Below, one piece after another: positions 11,238 through 24,600 of a DNA stretch of 64,000 nucleotides (positions are counted from its first letter, which is position 1; each line of letters opens with the position of its first letter). The notes beneath the pieces are model-generated. The model did not search any database. It saw nothing but the letters and a program-made list of their open reading frames with translations, and was not told the DNA's origin. The translations under genes and the position numbers were made by a program. The stretch spans positions 35,464,001-35,528,000 of the forward strand of contig OZ241829.1 in the NCBI GenBank assembly GCA_965202585.1. Direction: 5' to 3'. This stretch comes from Thalia democratica. Its lineage: Eukaryota.

Positions 11238-12697
11238 GGGAGCGGGTCAGAATGGCACGACGTCACTTTTACACGGCGTCAGTTTAGCACCGAGCATCAT
11301 TTTTGCACCGTTTGTTCTTCTGTATTTGCTTGGAGCATTTTTTTTTTACTTTTAGTTTTGCACAAACCAAACATTTTTAAACCTTCATTTTGAAAAATTT
11401 CGATAACACATATTTAGATGTACTCGTATAGACATTAAAACTAATTATTGGTAATTTAAGTTTTGGTTCTGTTTTAAAAAGTAAAAAATATGCAAACTTA
11501 AAACTAAAGTTAAACTTACTTCTGTTATAAAACTTTTTATATGTGATTTTAAGTTTTGATGTTTACTATGTATAAAAAAAGCTTATTTTAATGTTTTAAA
11601 ATTATAGTAGCTTGATACATTTGTTTTAAATACTAAAAAATTCAAGTTTATAGTACGCAAATAAAAAATCTAAAGTTCCTTCTTTTTTTTTTAATTTCAC
11701 GGCTTTTCATATTAACATATGTATTGAATAAAAGGCTTATAATGAAATATATAAAGATAAAATTAAAAATGTTATTCAAGAATATACAACTAAAAATAAA
11801 CGTTGAATAAGCAACTAATTGCTGCAAGATTGTTTAAACTACTTTTTTTTTTTAAATTGAAACATTTTAAGAGATAGAAATGTTGTGTTAGTATGCAACT
11901 GTTAACATACTAAATAATAAAATGCAACTGTTAATTTATTTCAAACACATTAAATAAATATTTCGTATTTACTACAATGTTAAAATATACAAGTAAAAGC
12001 ATGTTTAAAATTTTTAAGATTGCTACATTTATTTCAAAAAGTAACAATATAACTTTACTATACTACTTAACTTTTAAAAAATATTAGTTCAAAATAAAAG
12101 AGAGTTGAAAAAAAAGATAAAAAATATAATTTGGAAGTGCTGTGTTAACATCTAATCTAGAGTACATTTTAATCAAAATTAAATTTATGTTACTAGGAAT
12201 TGTTAAAAAATTATTAAGACTTAAATTTATTTAGAAATATTTCGTTTTAAAGTTAAAAAATGCTTGTTTCAACTGTAGTTTTTCATTAATACAGAGCTAA
12301 GCTGCTTTTGTAGTCAACTGGATAGATTTACTAAAAAAAAAGTTTTTCCAAGCAAAAAATTGTTATTTATGTTGTTTATTAAACGATAAAAAACTATCGC
12401 TAAAAAATTGCACGACAGAACGTTTTGGTTCACGAGTCGCAGTACACCAGATGCTTTTAAAATCTATTACGAGCTAATAAAAATTTATTTCTTAAATCTA
12501 AAATTTTTAAGCTCAACGATCGATAAAACAATAATAAGTTGGACGAGAAGTAGCTAAGTATTATTTTACTTAGAAAGTTGTATTCAAAAACTTGTCTGAA
12601 AACATACAAATGAAGATAGGGTCTCAACCTAAGTCTTTGAAAATATTGTTATTCTTTTTTGTGCTAAAGTGTCGCTGTGCTATTCTGACACTTACCC
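11238..12697. mobile_element. Probable ends of a GGGTAG..GTCA-family TIR element
   Basis: Left end gggagcgggtcagaatggcac plus subterminal repeats; right end gtgctattctgacacttaccc at 12697. An alternative right end lies at 13146, so the pairing is uncertain. Confidence 0.4.
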
Positions 12698-14546
12698 ACT
12701 GAAAAAAGTTTAGACACGCCCTTCTTAATCAGAAATATTTTGACAAAGCGACTTTATACAGTTTTTTAAGAAGGTTTTTTGAAATCATTTTAAGCTTTTT
12801 TTAAGTTATATAAGAAATAATCTTATATATGATTTTATTTAGTCAACATTAGAAGCGTAATTTACACGGAGTGAGTTTTGCACGGTTGACTTTAGTGAAT
12901 TAGCTTTAAACTTAGTTTTTTAATCACGCAAAACTTTTACTTTATTTAAGTATATTGTAAATTTATTTCAATAATTAAAAACTATAGTAATGTTTTTTAT
13001 ATTAGATTATATTTGTTTACGACTTAGGTTCATGAAACTAAGTTCAACTTAGTTTAATCTATTTAAAAGTTCAGTGTTTAAAAATCAAGTGTGCCAAAAC
13101 TGATGCCGTGTTAAATAGACCCTTTGTGTATTATTGACACCTACCCATTAAATCAAGAGACTTACTGTAAGTTTTTACTAGAAAAAAAAACTAAGTTAAT
13201 TTTTGCTTTGCTTGTGCAATTTGCTGACCCCTGGACTATACAATCAGACAATATATTCCATAATATAACGTCAGCATTGGTTTATCATGTTATCTTAGTC
13301 AGTATTTTCTATAAAAATAAAGTTTTTTCTCACTTTAAATTTTGTTTTGATTTTTTTTATTTGCTTCACGAAAAAACTGTAATGAATTTCAATATCACAT
13401 TTTGGAACGTTTTTTCATAAATGTAAACTAAAACTATTTTAAAGGAAAATAAACCTATTTTAATAATTTTTTGTACTAAGACATTACTGCTTGTGGTTAA
13501 TAATAGTTTTACACTTTGTAATTGATTTTAACTTTTAGTTTTGAACCAAGGACCGTTTAAGTATATATTTTTCAAGTAAATGGTTTTAAAGTCATTGTTG
13601 TAGTTTAGATGGCCTAGTAGGTTTATTAGGCTGATATTTTAAGTTACTTCCAACCTTTAAATATACTTAATTTAAAAACTGTTATTCAATAATATATGTC
13701 ATATACCAGTAATATTTCATTACATTAAATCATGACTGATATTAAAAAAGAAGATTAATAAATTATTACACAGTATCAAAATCCAATTCACATTGCAAGT
13801 ATAATAAGTATGTAATTTAAATAGATTTGTTTTTAAATCAGTAAAATTTGAAAAAAAAACATAAACGAAATAGTTTTTATTTAGTATGTCTTAAATACCA
13901 TTTGTTATAATTTTAAACAAACAGGAACTAGATTTTTTGGTAGGTAACATTAATAAAAGACAATTCACAGTGTTTACTCGAAAAATAGAAAGTTTTAATC
14001 TCAGAAAAGCATTTAATTTATTAGTTCATTAACAAAAACAACTTAGTGGCAAATATGATGATCATATGGAAGTTTTAAAGTTTGATAGAGAGTATTAATA
14101 GTCTAAACACTTATTTAAATGCTCATATTACAATCATTCATGTATAAACTTAATTTAAAATCAAAAATAACATGTTAGTAATTTACTTGTTTTTACATAA
14201 AATGCATAACAATGTAATTTCTACAACTTTTCTAAACAAAATTTAATTATAAAAAAACAGAAACATCTTAAAAACAACATTATAGATTAATTGAGATTTT
14301 TCTAATTTTAAGTATTTTAATTAAACTGGAAACAATTTGCTCAGAATACAGCAGCAAATTAACAGAAAAAATATAACATTTTAGTTAATTAAGTTTATAA
14401 AAAACTTTATTACATTTTAGAAACATAATGTTGCAAAATCAAATTTTGTAAAATTTTAAATCACTTAGACCAAAAAAAAACATAAAACAAACAGGGTTAA
14501 ATTTTGTTTTTAATACAGTTATCAAAAAAAAAAGTTTTGATAAAAC

Positions 14547-16334
14547 TTAGTTAAACCATTTATCGATGTTTAAGTCGGTTTGAGTTTCGCAAGACAACAT
14601 GTCTTGTTTGAACATTGTTTGAGTGTATGAACTGGTGAGGTTGTCTTGCCAGTCGTTTTGTGGAATTTCTGTTTGAGTTTCTATGTTGCACAGAAAGTCA
14701 TCACAGCTTTTTATTGCTCTCTCATTAAACAGTTCAGTTTGCGAACTTGTTGAAAAATTCATTGAAGATGCCTCATTTTGTATTCCAGATGAATCTAATA
14801 GATCATTTAACTTTGTCTTATGGCATGGAGAGGGGAGATATATGTTAAGAAATTCTTCTTCAGTCATGTTGCTAGCTTCTTTCTGATCAACGTTTCTGCT
14901 CTTACTATTCAAATACTGACTTGCAAAGTCTACAGGGCCTGTTTGTAAATCCTCAAAAATAGTTTGGGTAGAAAAGTCTTTTTGACATTCATAACTTTTG
15001 ATAGAACAATTAAGATTTTTATTTTTAGTGTCATATTTAGTTTCAATTGTCTGGGTACAACTACTCAGTTGATTTTTGGTAAGCTGATCAGTAAACACAT
15101 TGTCTATACCAGTAGAAAACTGGGTTTGGCAAGAAAAATTACAAGCCAGTACAGGTTGATTTTGAGAAATTTTATCTGAGTACCAATTTTGCAGAAAACT
15201 TTCAGAGTCTAATTGTTCTGTCTGAGTTGAAATTTCTTGAGGTAGTTGTGATATTTGATCAACGGACAAACATGCTTGAGTTGAAATTTCTTGAGGTAGT
15301 TGTGATATTTGATCAACAGACAAACTTGTTTGAGTTGAAATTTCTTGAGGTAGTTGTGATATTTGACCAACAGACAAACTTGTTTGAGTTGAAATTTCTT
15401 GAGGTAGTTGTGATATTTGATCAACAGACAAACTTGCTTGAGTTGAAATTTCCTGAGGTAGTTGTGATATTTGACCAACAGATAAGTTAGTTTGAGTAGA
15501 TAAATCTTTAGATAAACATACTTCAGAATTATAGTCAATGTTGTTTAGATTGGAACATGGTAACAAGCTACCATCTTCCATTTGAAGGTACAAACAATTT
15601 TCAGATTTATTTTGATTTAGTTGTGATTTATCCGTGGAAAAGTCTAATTGATGAATGTTCTTTTGATGCGAACAGTTACTAATGTGCAAAGGCTTAGTGT
15701 TGCACCTTACAATAAAGTTTTTAGAAGGATCTTGGACAATACTAATTGGCTGGTGATCACTTTCAACTTCCATTACAATGGTGAATTTAGACTTGTCTTC
15801 TGTTTTAGGTAAGATATGTTGGTAACGCCTTTTTTTATTGATAGTTTCAATTTTTGGATTTGAAACTACATACATTCTTGGTGCAAAATTGATTGAATGC
15901 TTGTTTGCAGTTGCATGAGCTTTTAAACTTGAAAAGGTTGGAAATGTACTTTTACATGAACATGAATATTTCACACCACAGTCCTCCATATGTACATTTA
16001 ATAAATGTTTGGACCTGAAGTTTTTATCACACTTCTTACAAGTAAACTCGTTGTGAAAATCTTTATGTACACTTTTGAAATGTTGCCTTAATAAGGATAG
16101 GCTTTTAAAGGGTAAATTTCTATTTTGGTGGCGTAAGCATTTTTCAACAGGGCAAAAATAATGAATTTGATGTTTTTTTGGGTTAAAATTGTGCACAGAC
16201 TTCAAATGTTTAGTCACTGCAGGCTTATATAGTAGTATTTCACAATCTTTAAAAGGGCATTTAACTCTTTTAGGTGGTTTAATAAGCTCTGTTATATCAG
16301 GTGCACATATAACATTATTAGATAATTGATCCAT
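14547..16334 (-). CDS. ATMIN: ATM interactor / ASCIZ orthologue (four N-terminal C2H2-type zinc fingers, TQT-rich C-terminus), intronless 595 aa
   Basis: Finger set CPFKDC..HLKSVH, YFCPVEKC..RQHFKSVH, CKKC..HMEDCG, CSC..H matches ATMIN. The C-terminus has nine TQT motifs of the LC8-binding type and ends ETQTD. Confidence 0.88.
   Translation of the reverse strand: MDQLSNNVICAPDITELIKPPKRVKCPFKDCEILLYKPAVTKHLKSVHNFNPKKHQIHYFCPVEKCLRHQNRNLPFKSLSLLRQHFKSVHKDFHNEFTCKKCDKNFRSKHLLNVHMEDCGVKYSCSCKSTFPTFSSLKAHATANKHSINFAPRMYVVSNPKIETINKKRRYQHILPKTEDKSKFTIVMEVESDHQPISIVQDPSKNFIVRCNTKPLHISNCSHQKNIHQLDFSTDKSQLNQNKSENCLYLQMEDGSLLPCSNLNNIDYNSEVCLSKDLSTQTNLSVGQISQLPQEISTQASLSVDQISQLPQEISTQTSLSVGQISQLPQEISTQTSLSVDQISQLPQEISTQACLSVDQISQLPQEISTQTEQLDSESFLQNWYSDKISQNQPVLACNFSCQTQFSTGIDNVFTDQLTKNQLSSCTQTIETKYDTKNKNLNCSIKSYECQKDFSTQTIFEDLQTGPVDFASQYLNSKSRNVDQKEASNMTEEEFLNIYLPSPCHKTKLNDLLDSSGIQNEASSMNFSTSSQTELFNERAIKSCDDFLCNIETQTEIPQNDWQDNLTSSYTQTMFKQDMLSCETQTDLNIDKWFN
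15219..15500 (-). repeat. Coding tandem repeat, 54-bp unit x ~5.2 (STQ[TA]xLSV[DG]QISQLPQEI)
   Basis: Near-identical 18-aa units are visible in both DNA and protein. Confidence 0.95.
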
Positions 16335-16593
16335 TAGTTTTTTATTATTTTTATCTAATAAAATATTTATTGTTTTTTATTTTTAGTATATAGAAAAACT
16401 TCATGTTACTAAACCAACTTTATTTCAAATTTGAAATCAAGTATAAATCTTTTATTTTAACGTTTTCATGGTTTTACATTTTTAAGATTGCAAATCTTTG
16501 AGGCAAAGCCAGCCAAGTAATGAAACTTTTTACACTTAACCAGTCTGAATTCATAATAAAATTAAAAAATAATAGCATGAAATAAATACCCTA

Positions 16594-17019
16594 CATGGTT
16601 GCCACTCTTTGGTCAAAAAATCTTCCCTTAGTGACTAGAAACTTCCCTGAGTAACCTTAAACTTCCCTGAGTTTTTTTCAAATTTTTAAAACTTTTATTA
16701 TTTATTAAAAAATTACAATCTTAATTCTAAAAATATTGAAGAACTAGCTAAATGCTTAAAAATTTATAAATAAGCACTTAAAAATAAATAAAATTAACTG
16801 TTTTGTAGAAAATTTAGAAACTGGATTAACTAAATCTCATTCTAGATCTAGAAAAAAAATCTCTGTAATTTTTTTTTAATTTCCCGAAAATTTTTAGAAA
16901 AAATCATAACTGCCTTGAGTTTCCCTATGTTAAAAAATAAAATCAAAATTCCCTGAGTTTTTCTGAGATTTTTTATAACTTGAAAATTCCTGAGTTTCCC
17001 TGAGTGTGTGGCAACCCTG
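16594..17019. mobile_element. MITE, GGTTGCCA-TIR family B (CCTGAG-rich), 6-bp TSD
   Basis: catggttgcca ... tggcaaccctg with acccta on both sides; about 260 bp upstream of the ATMIN ATG. Confidence 0.85.
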
Positions 17020-17491
17020 ACCCTACTAAAAATTACTGTTAATCACAATTAAAAACCTAAACTATCAAAATGATAACTAGAGAATTTGATAAAAACACAA
17101 TTGAAAAAAATGTCAAGTCTAAGTACCCAGATATATATGAGAAATATCTAAAGTAGTCGAGTCAACCTAAGTTTTTTAAAAAAAGTTTAACTGTTTAAGT
17201 TTAAAAAGTTATCCAGAATAGTTTGAGTTTGTAGCAACCCTATTTATATAATATACATTTTTTTGTGTACAATATACTTACAAAGTAAACATTTTGTTAA
17301 AACAGTATCTTAATTTTATATTACAGGGTTCTAATTGAAACTTGAAAAAATCAAGTGTTGAAAAACTACAATCCAGTGTGAATTTTTTAAATAACTTTTT
17401 TTGTAACAAATTCAGATTTTTCTGAGATATATTTTTTATCTAAATTTAATTTTTTATACTTTGACAGACTTAAAAAACTATTAAACTTAGT

Positions 17492-18426
17492 AGGGGTAGG
17501 GAGTACTTGGGTGATGTTTGCTGGACTTAGAGTCAATATGATTTGGATGTGTTTTGCTTCATTAAGAAGAATCTAAAAAAAAACATATAATTTTGCAAAA
17601 AACAAAGTTGCTGCCCAAAAAACCAAAACCCCACACATACTTTTTGATTTTTTGACATACACAGTAATAAAATCACTTATACATGTCCTAGACTTATAAT
17701 TTATGTCTTGAATGAAAGCTTATACTTATTGACATACATTTAAAGACATATTAACTACTTTTGATTTATAATGACGTCATAATCACCATAAATGTGCAAA
17801 ATTTGTCTGTAAAATGTAGGGGCAAGGAGTACAGCAAATTTTTTTTGGTCATATTGTAAAATTCAAATAAGTACATATGATTCGGATGTGTTTTTGCTTA
17901 GTTAAAAAGTACCTTAAAAAAATTATATTTTTGCAAAAAAAAAGTTGCTGCCCAAAAAACTGATTTCAACCCCAAAAATCACATATTTTTTGATTTTTTG
18001 ACTTAAACAATAATAAAATAACTTGTACATATCCTAGACTTAAGATTTATATCTTAAATGAAAGCTTATAATTAAAGGCATAAATTAAAGACATTTCAAC
18101 TGCTTTTTTTGTATTATGACCTCATTATTACACTAAAAATACAAATTTTGTCTCTAAAATTGTACTTTATTTTCTAATATAAAAAGCCAGTTATTCTGCT
18201 GTTAGTTTTTTTATTTAGAATATAAACTATGTCAAGTCAGCTAGGCAGAAAGGTACTACTGATGTAATGTCATTTCAATTGCATGTTGATATATATAAAG
18301 TACATTTTAAATCACTTTTGAAGCAAAAATTCATCCTTCTTAATGAAGCAAAAACACATCCAAATCATATTGACTTGAATGAATATTACAATATGACCAA
18401 AAAAATGTGCTGTACTCCCTACCCCT
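17492..18426. mobile_element. Non-autonomous long-TIR element, MULE-like
   Basis: AGGGGTAGGGAGTAC / GTACTCCCTACCCCT termini, about 120-bp imperfect TIRs, and a 9-bp direct repeat aaacttagt on both flanks. Confidence 0.75.
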
Positions 18427-18624
18427 AAACTTAGTTTAGTTTTAATTATAAATATTCCTTTACAATTACAATTTTTATAATTAATGTATTTACTTAATAA
18501 CCTAGCGTACAAACAACTTTTTCTTTAGTTGTCTATTGTGTACCAGGTACTTAAGACTTTGAGAACTACTTTAAAGCATCCTATTATACAATTTCACACC
18601 TACCTAACATTTTTGCAAAAAAAA

Positions 18625-18860
18625 AAGGGTTGCCACTTTTTGAGTTATAAAACTGCCTTGATAGACCTTAAGCTGCCCTGATTCATCCTTGGTTTATTTT
18701 TAATCCTTAAAGTATGTTTTTTTTACCGTTGGTGCAAACTACTTATACCTCACATTTATTATTCTTTTTAATAAATAAAAGGAATGTTGTATGTGTATAC
18801 TTCCGCACTAGATGTTCACTAAACTTATGAGAAATACTGCTTTTGAAGATTCAACGTAAA
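18625..18860. mobile_element. Truncated left end of MITE family B
   Basis: agggttgccactttttgag... aligns with 51328-51570. Confidence 0.65.
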
Positions 18861-19047
18861 GAGTTTAAATCAATTGATATTAAAAAAAAATTGTGGATAA
18901 TTTTATGTAACCATTTTAGTTAACTTTATACATAATAGAGAATAGTTTGTTTTTTTCTTTGACATTTCAATTGACTAACTTTAATCTTAAGACATAAAGT
19001 ACTCACTTAAAGGCATATTTATTAACTTCAATTTATGTCTTTATTAA

Positions 19048-19716
19048 GGGCATAGGGGGGGGGGGGGGGTAAACACCCTTTTTTGGTTTTTGATTGTATT
19101 TTATACAGTTTTTACTAAGCTACAAGATGCTTTTTACAGATTTTAAAAATTCAAAATATTTTTTGAGATATAGTAGGTCAAAGTCGGAGGCAACAATAGG
19201 ATCCTTATGGGAGGCGCAAACTAAAACAGCAAAAATAGACTATTTCACTAAAAATCTATCTTCTCCTACGTTTTTTTAGATAACTACCTCAAACTTTCAG
19301 GAAATGTTTCTTGATATATTTAGAAAATTCTGTCGGAAGGAATTTTTGAAAAATTAAAAAATTAAAATTTTATATAAAAAATAAACAGATAAAACAGTTA
19401 ATTTTTTGTTTTTTTGTTATAAAATTTTTATTTTTTAATTTTTTTAAAATCTGTTCCAACAGAATTTTTTAAATATTGGAAAACTTCCTGAAAATTTGAG
19501 GTAGTTATCTCAAAAAACGTAGGAGAAGATAGATTTTTAGTGATTTCTAGTTATTTGCTGTTTTAGTTTGCGCCTCCCATAAGGATCCTATTGTTGTCTC
19601 CGACTTTGACCGGCTATATCTCAAAATTTATTTTGAATTTTTTAAATCTGTAAAAAGCATCTTGTAGCTTAGTAAAAACTATATAAAATAAGATCAAAAA
19701 CCAAAAAAGGGTGTTA
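19048..19716. mobile_element. Fold-back element beginning TTAA|GGGCATAGGG (Kolobok-like), right tip missing
   Basis: Inverted arms of about 320 bp; homologous to 53093-53762. Confidence 0.8.
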
Positions 19717-20989
19717 TCATGAGTATTCTGAGTACAAACCCTAAAAAAAATAAAAAATAAACTAATTGATAAACTAATTAAAAATTCAAACAAACATCAA
19801 TTATTTAGTTTGTTTGGTAGTTATTTATCATGTTACAGCTACTTTTATTTTCTAGCTTGCAGTTTATAGGGTTGCAATTGTCTTTTTTAGAAAATTTTCA
19901 TGTTTTCTGATTTCAATTTTTAGGTAAAATATATATTGTTTTTTTTAGTAGAAAATAAAGTTAATATTTAAAAGGTACCTGTAGTAGTTTAAAATTTCTT
20001 AAAAGATTTTGTATAGCTTTTTAAATGTATTTTATTCCATTGCAACCAACCTAAATTAACTTGTAAATTTTTTAAAGTCATTATCTAAATTTTGTTAATC
20101 TTTAGCACTGAAACAACATTTAATAGTTTTTAACCAAATTTGATTTAAAGTTAGTTTATGTTAGTTTTACATATAGACAACTCAATAGAAACTTTTGATG
20201 CTATTTTTTTAATTTTGATGAAACTCAAACTAAAAAATAATAGTTTGAAATTCCAAGGTTGTTTACAATTTTTTCATGAAGTATCAAATATTATGATTGC
20301 AGGTTTATTGGTTACTTATTGGATAAAAATATCACAGTTGTACTTTTTTTACATTCTAGTGAGAAATAAAAAAATTATTTATTGCAGCTAGTAGCTTATA
20401 TTTAATGTTATAAACTTTATAATTTATTTATTTCACATTAGAATGCAAAAAAGTACTTTTTTTTTATTCAAAAATATTAGATTTAGGGTAAACTTAATGC
20501 AGGGGTATAAAAGAGCAGGTCAAAAAAAATAACCCTTAAAAAATGGATATAACAACCTATTCTTTTTGGTTTAAAATATAATGGGATGATAACTTTCAAT
20601 CTAGGGTTCCCACTTACCCTGGATTTTATTTATGGTAGAAAAACATAAGACTTACTCTTCCACAACAATAAACGTTTTTTGAAGATCAAGCAAGCAATTT
20701 GTCATCACCTGTAACTCTACCTAAATTTTCTCTAATAAACATAGTTTTACGAAAAATCAACAAGGTCTGTATTTAAAAAATCATTAAATACACTGGATTT
20801 CTCTAAAATTTACTTATTTTGATAGTTTTGAACCATTTTTTAATTGTAAATACAACTGTTTGAAATAAATTATATTCATTTTGTAATAAAGTATATTATT
20901 TTGAAGTCCAAAAATTTTAAGTGTATTTTAAAAATAATCATTTTTTGACTTACATGAAAACTTAGTCAGTTTTTATAAAACCAAAAAAA

Positions 20990-21680
20990 CCTTATTTAGT
21001 TTTTGAGATTTAACCAACTTTTTATCAACTATTTTAAAACTAAATTCTTGCTTTTTAACAGTACGTCTAAAAAATGTGACTTTAAAGTAAATATAAATGG
21101 ATTAAGTATTGAACAGAGTGAAAGTATAAAGTATTTAGGTGGGGTTTTAAATAAAAAACTGAATTGGAGGGCTCACTTAAGATCTCTCAAATCAAAGCTG
21201 TCTATAAGTTGTTTTGTGTTGTCAAAAATGAGGTACTTTTAGGATGTGAGTACACTTAAAATGGTGTATTATTGTTTGTTTTATCCACACATTCAATACT
21301 GTATATCTGTTTGGGGTGGTGCTGCTGAACGTTATTTGAAACAAAAAAGAATAGTGAGGTATGTTTGCTGTGTTTTTGAAAACTTGTCTGCTGAAATTAA
21401 ATGATGTTTTTAAATTGCAGGTTTGTAAATTAATGCAGAACGGTATGGCTGGATTTGATGTTGAGCGCAAAAGTTTTACTCTTGCTAGTTCTCTTCACTC
21501 ACACAATACAAGGTTAAACTAGTTTTACAAAATAGTAAATTTCATAACTGAAAGACCTAGAACAAGACTTAGCCTAAACTTTTTTAGGTATTTGTGTCCA
21601 AGGTTTTAGTCTAGTGTCCCAGAATATTTAAAAAATAAAAAAAGATAAATTTAAATGCTGTTATAAAAATTTTCTATTAA
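20990..21680 (+). mobile_element. Decayed non-LTR retrotransposon (L2/CR1-group) RT C-terminal region
   Basis: SIKYLGGVLNKKLNWRAHL, then frameshifted VYYCLFYPHIQYCISVWGG and LKLNDVFKLQV. Confidence 0.8.
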
Positions 21681-24600
21681 CTAGCTACAAGAAGTAAAAC
21701 TTGAGTGCTTTTAATCATATGTCTGAGTATATTGTTTTATTGTCTTATACTTTTCTGCATTTGTGTATAAACTAGATTAATTGTATATTTTGTTTCTCTT
21801 TTTAATTTTCTGTAAATTTAAGTTTGAATATTTTATGTTATTTCTTTTATTTTATTATATAAAGGTACATTTCTGCTGAGATGTTATACTTTTGATAATA
21901 AAATTTTGTTATGAGAGAAACAATTTATCAAGTTTTTAAATATTGATCAAGATTTGTATTAATTTATTGCTAGCAAAAAAATACATTAGTTTTTATTTTA
22001 GAAATGTGTTGTTTTATATTTATTTGTTTATAATATATACTGCTTACTGGTATTTGCTACTTAAATTTTCAAAAGTTAATTTTGGAATAACTTTGGTGGC
22101 AGTAATATCATAATAGGATTGATTTTTTGTTCAGACTGCAGCAGCACTTGATTGGGGATTTGAGCATCAGGATTTTTCCACACTATGTAGTTTTTAATGC
22201 TGAGATTTTAACCTGGTGAGTGTTTGCCAAACGACGTGTCACCACGGGTTATTTTTAAATAAAAAGTTAGAATTAGTTTTTATTTTGGTTACTTGAAAAT
22301 AAAATTTATGTTTTTTTTTTTTGTTTATAGATAGGTTTATTTTATTTTTAAATTAAAAGGTAATTTTATTCTTGATAAATTTAAAGATAAAATGAGGTCA
22401 TAATTTGAAACTCAAACTAGATATTCTGGAGTTGATGATGAAGAGCAACAACAAAAAAAGGCAGCTTTGTAAATTACTTTAGATATTATGCAGTTCCTGA
22501 TAGAGAGCAAAAAAAAAGGTCTATGTTGTTTATAATAGTATTTTTTTTGAGATAAATAAAAAATCTTGTCGGAGGGGACCATTGTTTTTTTATTTCTTTA
22601 AAGGGAGCCTTTTGATAAAAGTTTAAGAAACCCTGCAAGACCTGCACTACACCATTAGGTTGTGAAAATAAAAATATCTAAGAAATAAAAACTAATATTA
22701 CCTACCATGGTACTAGTTTATACTAGTATCACCAGGGACAAAATACAACTTTTTCAGAAAAACTTAAACTAGTTTTAAAAAGTAAACTACTTGTGGTCTA
22801 CCAACTAGTTTTCGAAAGAAACATCTCAATCTGTAAGTATAATTGAAAAATAAAAGTTTTTATTCACTCTCACTATTCTGAATAAAACTTTCAAAATAAA
22901 AGAGATATTTAGAAAAATCATCTTTAAAACAGCAACACAGGTTAACAATAAAAATCAATATTTGTTAACATAAAAATAAAAGTACTCGTATTTTAGCTAG
23001 CCGCAGTAATAAGTAATTTTATAAGAAAAAAATTAAAACTAATATAAAATGAATTTTTGCAATCATAAAGTAGTTAAAGTTTAATTTAGTCAATCGCAGA
23101 AATCCTTTTAAATTAAATTTTTTAACTGTTTTCTTTTTAATTAAATCAATATCTTAACTAAAATAATTTCTTATTAAAAAACATAAACACAGTTTTAATA
23201 CTGTTTCTTAAATAAATAAAAAATAAGTGGTTTAATCCTACTATTTTAAGATATTAAAACGCTTAGTTTTTTTTTACTAGTACAACTAAAAAACAAAATT
23301 TTTATTTTTATTTGTTCGTATAAGTTAATTCAATTTAATTTTTTCATAAATAAGATACACTTGAATATGTTAAGATTAAACTATGGTGTAAAATTTCAGT
23401 GTCTTGAATTTTGATGGTATATTTAGCCTATATTTAGTATTGCTTTTAGTTTGAATTTTTACTTAATCAGTTAACTTAATTTCAAGTTTATTTTTCGTAA
23501 GTATGTTGTTAGATCTTTATTCGTTTTGTGGAGTATGGATAAAATTTATTTCTTAGAACATTGAGAGTTAAGTTGTATTTTACAGATTTGTTTAAAAAAA
23601 AATTATGTTTAGTAAAACAAATTGTATTCTGTCTTAGCAAAAAGTAAAAAGATTTGATTAAAAAAAGTTATTGACAAAATACAAAACTAATTTGCAGAAT
23701 ATTATCGATCTAAGTCGTTAAGAAAAAATTCATCATTTAGTTAAAAAATTAGAATGTTCTGAAAACTTTACTACTTTATTTTACTTAAAGAGATCGCAAT
23801 TTTTTGTTACCGAAACCTGGTTGTAAATAAAATGTTTAATTTGCACATCTTTACTTGAATGTTCGGACAACTAAAATTTAAATGGTTTTAATATAATATC
23901 GAAAGGGTTAATAACTATTATATTATTACAGTTGTTTACATTTTTTTTTGTGTAATTTGTATCACTGAATATTTGTAACTGCTACTTAGTTAATTGAAAC
24001 ACTTTTATTTTCATTACAGCTATAATAAACTCAATATCAAAAACTGATGACGAGCGTGGCAAAAAGTACTTCTGTTAAGTTGAATTGTGCTGAAAACTGT
24101 ATTATATGAAAAATAATAAATTAAAAGCATATAGTACTTAGTAATTTGTTTAAATAGAATTGCAAAACTTAGGGGATCTTTTTTTTTTAATAAAACTTAA
24201 AAACAGAAATTGCTTTGTAATTCAAATTACTAATATTTTGAAGAAAATTAAATGATTAAATAGGATTACAAAACAGTTTACCCCATTAAAAATACAAACG
24301 TAGACTACATTAAACAATAAAGTTTTGTTAGAAATCTTTCAGCTGTATTAAAGTCCAAAAAAATAAGTTGGCTCAATGTAAAAAACAGATTATAACAATA
24401 CGAAATCTATTCTATATAAAGTTTATAGGTTTTTTTTATTTGTTGAAGATTTTAAAGAATTCAAGAGTGCCTAAAAGTTATATCATAAACTTTAAAAGAA
24501 ATTACATTTAAACTGACCGATCATTATGTGTTTGAAAATTTTCGGGATTAGGTTAAAAAAATATTTTAAGTAAAAAACATTTTAGTGAGGAACTAAAATT

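Noticed and set aside
15209-15538. Repetitive ORFs 15209-15538 and 15227-15490; CRISPR-like periodicity
   Set aside because: These are alternative frames of the ATMIN 54-bp coding repeat, with no unique spacers and a eukaryotic context.
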